A stretch of 64,000 bases of DNA from Penicillus capitatus (Eukaryota; Plantae; Chlorophyta), in assembly GCA_965649825.1 (NCBI GenBank), contig OZ287706.1:558001-622000 (forward strand), given 5' to 3'. Numbering within the stretch: the stretch's first letter is position 1; every line of letters starts with the position of its first letter. The translations under genes were made by a program, and so were the position numbers. Of this stretch, positions 36,219 to 45,464 are shown in pieces. The notes beneath the pieces are model-generated. The model searched no databases. It was not told the DNA's origin and was given only the letters and a program-made list of their open reading frames with translations.

Positions 36219-36965
36219 ACAACGCGGAAGGATTAGTTCTTTTGAGATATCGAATCTGTTTCGCAGAGATCTCTCTGACACATTTAAACGTTGTACATAC
36301 ATACATCTCTGTCCGCGATAGTGAACGGTTTTTTTCAGGAAGTGTTAACCAGACGGCTTCTCTCAAAAATTCTCGTTTTGGTTCGCGGATGTAGATAGAA
36401 AGTATGTGCAGGTTCGAAATCTTGTCGCAGGATGTCTTCGTCTACAAGAAGGAACTTCGCAGATTAAACAAGGAAAGAATGAACTGGCTAGCTGCGTCTT
36501 AATCCACCCTTGCTCTTGATAGAGTTTCTTCAGCATCCAGACAATCATATTCATAAACAGAGAGACGCCAAAATGGCGGAGTGCTGATTGTAAAGCACGA
36601 AAGATCCCAATGCGGAATAACAAAGTGCTTGGCAAAAAGGGTCTTATTAGAAGGCTTTCCGCACATCATCTACATGTTTCGTTTTGTGATATAGTCAGTC
36701 GTCAGGATTCGTCGTCGTTAAGTCGCCACGAATGCATACTGGGCGGGCGACGGCGTTGTTAAGAGTCGTGGCGTTAGTACTATCCTTAGGTGTCGGAGTC
36801 GATATTTGCAAACAGGTGCAAGCAAACAAAGTCGTCGACAAGAGTCGTCAACGTAGTCGTCATAGATGCACGGGAGGAGGCGAAGTGGCACCAGAGTCGT
36901 CAACAAAGTCGTCACGGACGACGCGGATACGGCGAATACGGTGGGCATATGTTGAAGTCGGCGCG

Positions 36966-37201
36966 TTCTCGACCGTGGGGATCGACCCGTATGCGGATGG
37001 TGCAGTTGGCCAGTTCGAGAAGTACGACCGCGGGGGTTCGATTCCTGCGCCGGACACAGAGGAGGGTAGTCCCATCAGAGTTGACCCGGATGTGTCTGGC
37101 GAGCCCGCGCCGAGTTGGATGGGTTACGGCGGGGAAAGGACAACGTCGAGCCAGTTCGGGGGCCGACGATGGAGTCACCACCCGGACAAAAACTTTTGTC
37201 C
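36966..37201 (+). ncRNA. Candidate Pol III structured RNA, copy C
   Basis: A box 36998-37009 and B box 37035-37045. Stems 37049-58/37091-100 and 37066-76/37118-27; terminal palindrome 37184-37201. Confidence 0.55.
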
Positions 37202-37486
37202 TCTCGCCCTTCGATTCTTTTCGCCGCCGAAAACAGAGCTGTAAGGATTTGCTTTCGTGTCCGTCGCGTTCGCCGTCGTCGCGTAGCGTGAACCGTGGTT
37301 CTCTATCGACAGCAAGCTCTGCTCTGTGTTTACAGGTGTGCTAGCATACACACATGTCATTCAGCGCTCCAGAATCTCTACATCAGTGCTTTAAGTCCTC
37401 GTCGTTGCTTCTTCCCGAGTTGCAGAGTGTAAATCTCGAAGGGGGTTTCCTGTTTCGTTGCAAAATGAATCCTCTTCTTTCAGACG

Positions 37487-38220
37487 GTGTTGGCTGATCA
37501 TTCGTTTGCAGTCCTGGGACAGTACATAACTTGCTCACACGTCTGTGTGGACAGAACGCGAACTCAGAGCCTCCGCCTGCTGCAAGGTATGGTGGGTAAT
37601 GCAGAAAACTCTTTGCTGCCAGGCGAGTTGATTTGGCTGACGACAAACACTATGACTGCTTCGATCCCGTTCAGTATAAGTTGGCTTGTGGAAGTTGACG
37701 CTCGATGGGCGCGTGAGTAGCCGAAAATGCCACAAAGACGACTGCTTAAAACATAGGCATTCAACAATTCGCTCTTCTGTGAGACGTGGCCTGCGACAGA
37801 AACCGCATTCGAACTCCGCCGGAAGCATTAAGTGTGGTCCGAGGAAGAAAACTCTCTCTACATGTTCTAATCCGGCTGCCCTTCTAGTTGGATCTTCCTC
37901 CCTCCGAAGAGCATGAATTGCATTTTCTTTTGACATGTTAGTTGAGGCGGACAAGTTTGTAGCACCTCACTGGTAATTGGTCTCTCATCGACAAGTTCTC
38001 TTTGCGACAGGCGCGTCCTGATGCGATAGGTTACTCAACTGCTGGAGAATGTGTCTTTACGGAAGAGGTTATTCGATACTTCGAAAGGCAATGGATCGGT
38101 CAGCCATCCCTGCTATCGGTCCTCGCCTTCGACACTGACTGCTCCGTCCTCAGATGTCGAAACGGGAGTGCGAGGTTTCCATCAGCATCCCTCCAGTCGC
38201 AAAAAATGCTCGACTGAGCA
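37487..38220 (+). pseudogene. Possible decayed Mutator/MULE-like transposase remnant (copy C)
   Basis: Collinear degenerate motifs LADHSF, MF*SG...IFLPPKSMNCIFF*H and IRYFERQWIG...RCRNGSARF, with stops and one frameshift. Confidence 0.3.
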
Positions 38221-39008
38221 AATCCTCCTGCAGGCGCAGGTCTCACATATGGCAACAGATGGGTACGACACAGTCCAGTCACGTTCGACGACTATCTCTT
38301 TTTTCGCTTTTGCGAGTTGGCCAGCTCGATATTCAAAGCCATAGGACAGTCAAACTCTATTCAATTCGTCCACAGAAAGAGGCCAAATCGCATCGTCATC
38401 ATTCTCGTTGACTACACGCTGGAGCGCAGTGGCCCAGGCGGACCTCAGTCTCACCTGTTTTGCTCTTGTCGGGAGCAAGAGGCGTTCTTATCTACTAGAG
38501 GGACACCTTTGCTGTGGATAACTGAATACCGTGGTCATTCGACCGGCTCCCTTGCGCATGCATCACGTCTGTTATCCGGCCGAAGCCGTCGGCGTCGTCA
38601 CCATCGACCGCAGCTCCTCTTTATGGAGCTCTCTCAGATCCCTTCATTCGGATCCGTTCTACGTATCGAATTCGAATCCATGCCCCTCGGCGTTCTTTGT
38701 TAACCCAGACGCCTGATGTGATGTTTTGACACAAACTTATCAATTTCAACCATCCGACATTACATGGCCCAATACATTGTTCCGTTAGCGCTCTTTCGTG
38801 CATGTGAGTTGAAATTTTTCAGAAATCAGACTTGATGACAGAATGAACCAACAGATAGATGAGTGGAACGCTCTCGAGCTGTCTTCGACCACGAAATAGA
38901 GATAGATACATGATGCCATTGTTTTATTACGTCTTCGCCGCGGATATGAGGCCAATGCAGATGTATATCGAACAAATAGCATTGGTCAGACACATCCGCC
39001 TGTCAATC

Positions 39009-39968
39009 TCATTTTTTCATCACTTGAGCGACAAATTTTCTGAGAACTGGGAAGAATTGTGGGGATGCTTCCAAATTTTGATGATTGGACTGCTCTGGCC
39101 AAAATCCATCGACAGCATTGGGCGCCAATCGATGCAGCAATTGTCCATGTGAGACATCAATAACCTCATCTTGAAGTCCATGCATTATTAGCGTCGGCGC
39201 TTTCACTTTAGTGATCCATCTGTGATTGGGATACACATCTGCCCATGTCGGCCACCACTTCAAATTGGAATTGAGCACGCGCATACCCGATAACAGAGGC
39301 GAGTGCAGCACCACGCCTGCAAAGTCACTGATCTGGGAGGCCAGATAGATCTGTGACCACACACCCTCTTATTCATCCATTCTCTTGCGGAATGGTACGC
39401 ACAGTGGGGCCACTACCGACTGACTGGCCATAGAGAATGACATCTTTGGGGTCCGTATCATGTCGTTCTTTGAGCATGTTCAAAACGGCTCGTATATCGC
39501 AGAGCGTGCTCCGGACTTGTGGCGTTCCGGTGGAGCACCCGTAGCCACTGTAATCGTATCCCACGACATGACATCCAATCCGACTTGAAAATTCTTTGAG
39601 GAAAGGCATCGATTGGCCGAGGTCCACTGCATTGCCATGGCTGTAAAGAATGGTCAGAGTTCGTCTCTGGATGCCGCCCGGATGGCGATAAGGGATGCGT
39701 GCTGCGATGATACGTCTGGGCACCGGACGAGCTGGATATTCCGCCCAGAACACATCACAATCGACCACTTTATTGAGATACCTACCATAAGTGTGACCAA
39801 AGAGTGACAGAGTGCGTGGACAATGAGGGATACATACGACACCGTTGGATTTATGTATAACTCTTCACTGTGGTCGTCATGTTCGCGGACTTCGTATGTC
39901 GATGGTGTCGGAGGGTAGAACGCTAGTCGTGAAGAGATGGAGTCCACGACGCGCCCCCATGGACCCAT
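39009..39968 (-). CDS. ABHD17-like alpha/beta hydrolase
   Basis: RLAFYPP, ILYSHGNAVDLG, YDYSGYGCSTG, LYGQSVGSGPT, LHSPLLSG and IMHGLQDEVI motifs. Two introns. Confidence 0.9.
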
Positions 39969-40216
39969 CGGCAACGCACGTCCACACAGCTTTCTCTTTT
40001 TTTGACGTCGGTGGCGAACTGCTGTGGTCACGCGTGACTCCTTGAAAGTCGACTCTTGACTGATAAGACGTCGCATCGCTTGCGTCAATTTACCTGCGGC
40101 AGCAGCTCGCACGTACAAACGATATTGATTTACCCGTGGAAGATTTGCGATCGCCAAACAGTTGGATAGAAAAGACATTGCGTCGTCTGACAGAATTACG
40201 ATTGTGAGAAGCATCG

Positions 40217-41233
40217 ATGGAACCACCCTCTGCATTCGTCTGTCCCGTGAGTTTCGAATTGATGCGCCGACCCGTTCGCCTCGTGGACACGAGGAAAGTC
40301 TACGACGAGAAGAGCATCACTGACTGGTTTGCACTCGGAAAGAAAACGTGCCCCGCGACGGGCCAGACGCTAACGACATGCGAATACACACATGACAGTG
40401 AATTGCAGACTAGGATCGATACATGGGTTCAAGAAACTGGATATACAGAGGTCCGTTCGTTACACAATTTGATGTGACGTTTGCATGTGAGAAATGGACG
40501 ATAGGAGCCGCCACCTCTGGAGCAACCTGTTTGTCCCGTGTCGCCGCTCACCATTCGAAAACTGATGCATGCGACACGGTATGGCTCTTTGAAAACGATT
40601 CGGGAACTGCAGCGAGATGGATTCCCACTCTCAGCCGTCGACAAACAATACGTCCGTTTATCACTCTTTCGATTTCAAAGATGCTGAAGAGTGATGATGA
40701 TGTGACAGCACGAGTTCACCGCTCTGCATTATGCATCTCAGTTTGGACACCTGGATGTGATGGAATTTCTGATCGCTCACGACGTCGATGTCAATCAAAA
40801 AGACACCGTAAACACATCGAGTGCATCGCACGAGTGAAGAGACTGAATGGTGTGGGGTGCAGATGGGACTCACCGCACTACACATCGCTGCTTTTTATGG
40901 AAAGAAGAAGGCTGTGCGATTGCTTTTGACGAAAGGCTCGAATCCGAACATTCAGAACAAAGTAAGCGCATCGGAAAGTGGAGGTAACCAGTTCGAGAGC
41001 ACTTTGCTCAGGTTGGATCGACAGCGTTGCACTTGGCTGCACGCAAGGGGCATAAAGCGATCATTATGGCCCTCTTGGAGAACGATGCAGACAAAGCCAT
41101 AAAGGACAATGTACTCGTCTCCCATCACCTGTCACATCATCTAAAATGATGTGCTGCTGCTTAGAGAGGCGATACAGCGAGAGACAAAGCTGGTTTATGG
41201 GGAAGGTTGCTAATAAGAAAGCTTTTGAAGTGA
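40217..41233 (+). CDS. U-box E3 ligase with ankyrin repeats
   Basis: U-box PSAFVCPVSFELMRRPV...YDEKSITDWF...TCPATGQTL. The ankyrin exons are TALHYASQFGHLDVMEFL, TALHIAAFYG and TALHLAARKGH, roughly one repeat per exon. Confidence 0.9.
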
Positions 41234-41436
41234 AGGTTTGTATTCTGAGAGCCCACCTGTCGTAGAGAGACCCATTCGCGTATGGATTGCATCTCTCAGA
41301 TCGTTATCCTTGTACCGTTCTTCTTGTTCCATCATCACCATCATGATCATGACGACGCATTTCGCGATTTCTAAGTTCTCATCAAATCGATACGTGATCG
41401 ATCCCGTTTCGATGCGCTTCGTCCTTTTCGAAATCG

Positions 41437-43059
41437 ATGACGGAACGAAAGGAACGCCCACGGCGAAAACGTCCATGGGAGCGAATGCTGGTACCGGAGG
41501 GCTTTGAAGCGCCGACAGTCCAATCGTGGTTTCAGCGTCGCCTGGGTCATGTCGGATGCAAGAAGAGTCCATGCATCGCTGAAGCAGAAACGTTGCCGAT
41601 CGGAAACGACTATGTCGGCGATCAGGTCTGGCGTTACTGGATGCATCATCAGCTTCGAACAGCGATCGTCGGATCCGTGCGTCACGCCGATTGGCCACGC
41701 GCATTGGCTCTGCTCGCCGTCTATTTCAAACATGTCTTCCAAAACACACGGACGTTTCGTCCCTCCATCGAACGCTATCCCCTCGACATGCGTTTTCCGA
41801 CAATCGAGTTGCTGATCAAGACGCTTTCGTGCATCGATGGCGGATCGGATATCGCAAATCGTTTGCTAGAGAGCATTCTCGTCGATCAGGTATTCCACCT
41901 TATCTTCTCATCTAATCAGCTGCGCTATCTAACAGCTCTAGGATTACCGCAATTCAACGAGCAGCCGTTTCTTTTATTACAACACAAAAGTGGTGCGACT
42001 GGTCGCGAAGGGTGAGATGCAAGAGGCCTACGGTTTGATGGAACACCTTGTGAAGCAGGCCTCCTTTCACAGATCCACAAAAGAGCCATCGATAAAGATG
42101 CTACGGTGATTGGATCTGTCACATCATTAAGTGTGACGATGATGATGGTGCGACAGGGCTTTGATTTTCTATGGCCTGTGGAAAGATGCGCTGAAGAATG
42201 ATGACATGTTTGATACGGCGTCCATCAGAGAGATCGCCGAGGGCGACATCGAACTGGTCTCGAACAATGCTTCGAGAATGGCCCAGAATATCTGGTCCCT
42301 GTTTGGCAGCCGATCGCTGCCCACACGAAAGATTTCTGGCCTCTTTATCTACAGTCACATCGCTGTATGGCTCGGTACCCATCCCTCTGCTCCGTGCGTC
42401 CGTGGCGAGAGCCAAATGGTGCAGGACTCGGCGAATCGATGCATGAGGCACTGTCAAAAGCGACGCTGGAGCTCACGCTGCACAGTGACGTCTATGTGCT
42501 CAACACTGCTATGTGTCTTCGGCAGTCGAAGCACCGTGCCGAAGCAGTGGACTATCTCCTGTGCTTAGTAAAGAACAATCCATACGAAGAAGAGGCCCTG
42601 TGTTTGTTGGACACAGAAAAGGAAGCAGACCTGGATGTCGAGAGCAGGAATTGGACAGACGCATCTGTTGAGGGGTTGCTGGTGCATTTAGACGTCTGCC
42701 ATCCCGACTGTTTCTCCATTCAGCATTGCTGCGAGAAATGGAGAGCGTTGTTGGTGTTTTTGACCGAGTCGATGGATAAAGAAAGAAAAAAGAAGGCACA
42801 TGTGTGGTTGTGTGCGAAGATCGATTGGTGGAGAGTGTATTTCTTTAGTCCTTTTGCTGTCAGAAGCATGGTACAGATGCACGGAAGCAAGCACATGGCA
42901 GATCTGCTGTATCTCTTGGGCAAGGTTGCCTGTTGTCTAATGGAATCGAAGGATGCTTTGTTGCAAGAAGTGTGCCTTCACATCAGAGAAGATCAGTGCA
43001 GATCGCTGAGGAAGTTTGAGAAAAGAATATGGAGAGATCCTCTGACAGAGCTTTTGTAA
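41437..43059 (+). CDS. Multi-exon helical protein, possibly TAF1A-like (Pol I SL1 subunit)
   Basis: Three long ORF segments are linked by short introns. LRTAIV...DWPRALALLAVYFKH and the C-terminal IDWWRVYFF loosely resemble TAF1A. The product call is tentative. Confidence 0.45.
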
Positions 43060-43460
43060 AGAATGTCGACTTGGAGTGTTCTCAGGAATCGGTGTAAGAA
43101 GACAGAGGCCTGGGAAACGCAAAAGAGCATACGTGCGTGCGCCAACATACATAAACACCAGGATTCATGTTCCAAGAGCTTAAGCCTTTACATGACTGTT
43201 TGGCGGCGCATGCTGCCTCAAAGTTACTGTATGAAATAATCATGGGCGGGAGCGATGAACAGTCATCGAGTGAAATGATGACAGTCGTCTACTGTCGTTC
43301 GACGAATGCCGTCAAGCCCTCTCTAACGTTCATCGATCGATAAATGCATAAGCTTGGATTGAAGAGACTGGACATGGATATCAAATAACAGGGTCAAGAA
43401 GATATGAGAATGGCTGTCAGGATCGAAGCAGGCTCAGAGCATTGGGTCCATTCCTCCTGC

Positions 43461-44419
43461 TCAGTTGTTGGTTGCACCACCATCACCTCCGGTGTTTGCA
43501 GTAGCTGCGCAATCAAACGAAATGACGGTCAGTGGATGTGACAGGGAAGGGAGATGCTCTTACCAGTGCCGACGACTTCTGCGGCAGTGAGACCAGTGAC
43601 AGTGGTGGCTCTGAGGACACCGGTCTCAACTTCCACTTGGATTTCTGCCACGGCCGCATTGGGTGTCACGAGTGCGAGTGCAAGGGCGAAGACTTCAACA
43701 AAAGGCACTGCAAGCGCCTCAGCGACGATTGTGGTGTATGCCTCAGCATCGAACACTCCGGTGCCGCACACTTGCGTCACGGAGACGGCGTATGCGCTGA
43801 CCGTCGCTTCTGCAATCGCGAGAATGGCAAACTGAGCCTGAGCAAAGTTGATGTCATTCGATGCTTCCGCGAAGACCTAGATCGAAATGCATGAGCTGGT
43901 GGAGATTGGAACGGGGGTGCGGTGCTTACCTCGACGATGACTTGGGCAACAGCGGTTGCGGTCGCCTCAGCCTCAGCACTGGCCGTCACACAGACGATAG
44001 CTCCGGCAGAAGAGGATGAGACAGAGACGAATGTATCGGCCAGTGCTCGGGCCACGGCAAGTCCAAAGGCATTGGCTTCCACAACTGCGAGAGCCAGAGC
44101 GTCTGCGTCGCCTTCGACGGCGGCGACGGCGGCCGCGAATGCGACAACAAGTGCATCGCGGGCGATAGCTGCGGCTTCTCCAATTGCGGTGGCATTAATT
44201 GAGACTGTGCCTGGCTCTGAGACTGTTAGAGTCCCATCGATGGTTGCCCTGGTTCCCTGTTCGGTTTGCTTCAAGGACCTCGACACGGCCGTTTCCAAGT
44301 TGCGCACCTGTGCTCAGCAACACAGTCAGACCATACATGCTTCTTCGTGCGAACGAACGTACGGCGAAGACTTGTGCGCAGAGCAACAAGCAGAGGACGG
44401 AAATGGCCTTCGTTGCCAT
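43461..44419 (-). CDS. Secreted Ala-rich protein, paralog of 8942-9952
   Basis: Signal peptide MATKAISVLCLLLCAQVFA, then SRSLKQ, ASNDINFA, QVCGTG. Three introns at the same positions and phases (0,0,1) as in the paralog. Confidence 0.8.
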
Positions 44420-45043
44420 CTTAACTGGACGTTTTCTCGATAAGATGCGTTTAGATATAAGCTCCGAGGCAGACAGGTAAGAATTCGTTTAGCTGGCAGA
44501 AGAAATTTTGTTGCTCAGAAAACTGGTTGTTGAACAGACTGCGTCGGAGCGCAATTTATACTCGAGCACGCAGGTCGCCACATCATGGCTCCAGACCTGC
44601 ATGAAGGCTGCAGGAAGACACCCTGACGTGTCTTAACATAATCACAGCTCATCATACCTCGTATCGCGTCATTAGACGCAATCTGAGTAGCTGCCAGTTG
44701 TTATGATACGTACGCATTCGAGAGGCGTCACGACGTGTACCGTGTATCCACTGTCGGTGTGGGTCTCATGTCTGAGGTAAGCATACTAGCTGGCACTGTG
44801 AATTTCACGGAGTCCGTGACACATACAGCTAGCAGCTTTCTCACATGCGCCCAAACGACAACAGTGACCTTCTAGGTAGTGTGCCAATGCCAACTGTCTC
44901 TGAGGCAGAACACCATTCGATGTCTACATTCAGAAAGCCTTAAAGAATCGCTCGCCGACCGTGAACGCACTTAGTGGCCATCGCGTGGCAACAGAAACGT
45001 CTTGCGATGGGCTAAGATCTGCTGATCGATTCACAGTGAGCAT

Positions 45044-45261
45044 TGTCATTGGGACGAACGCGCTTCGCGTCGGCCATGGGTGCTGCGTAGCAAATATTTT
45101 TAAAAAACCAAAACGTTTCTTACACACAACTCATCATGAGTCTCTATTTAATGCTTTCGATCGCAGCATCCCATCAGTTCTGTCTGTCGCATCGGACCGT
45201 CATCTTCCCGATCCCTCGTCACCAATGTGACATCATGGTTCCGTACCATGAGGAGTTCACA
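45044..45261 (-). repeat. 3' LTR
   Basis: Identical to 49723-49940. On the minus strand it contains a TATA-like CATTAAATAG and a TGTAA poly(A)-type signal. Confidence 0.97.
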
Positions 45262-45464
45262 CGCTTCTCTGCGCGATCAAAACTCCGAAGGGATCTCCGT
45301 TCCACTCTGAGCTCCTTAGCTCGTTGCAGTGGTCAACAGCTTGAAGATTCGATAGGCGTATCACATTAGCCAGCCCTCAAGGGCCCGGGATCTCTACCCA
45401 GTGATGTACCAACGGAAGACAGTCTGAGCGCTTCACTCTTTGATGACCCTCTCCCGATAGAGTG

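Larger units (their letters stand above)
36780..38330. repeat. Dispersed repeat copy C (inverted relative to copy A)
   Basis: Reverse-complement alignment to 5990-7430 by eye. Confidence 0.95.

Noticed and set aside
36991-37056. Canonical tRNA gene in the repeat core
   Set aside because: There are only 25 nt between the A and B boxes, no anticodon arm, a poorly paired acceptor stem and extra Gs in the T stem. It is tRNA-like at most.
37052-37127. HDV-like or hammerhead ribozyme in the core
   Set aside because: A 7-bp P1 with a G-U end followed by GG can be drawn, but no P3/L3 with the YCC loop fits. CTGATGG on the other strand lacks the CUGANGA/GAAA hammerhead core.
36966-37201. Telomerase RNA, snRNA, U3 or SRP identity
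   Set aside because: There is no telomeric template, no Sm site, no C/D boxes and no SRP helix-8 or MRP CR-I/CR-V motifs that I can recognise. Multi-copy status also argues against telomerase RNA.
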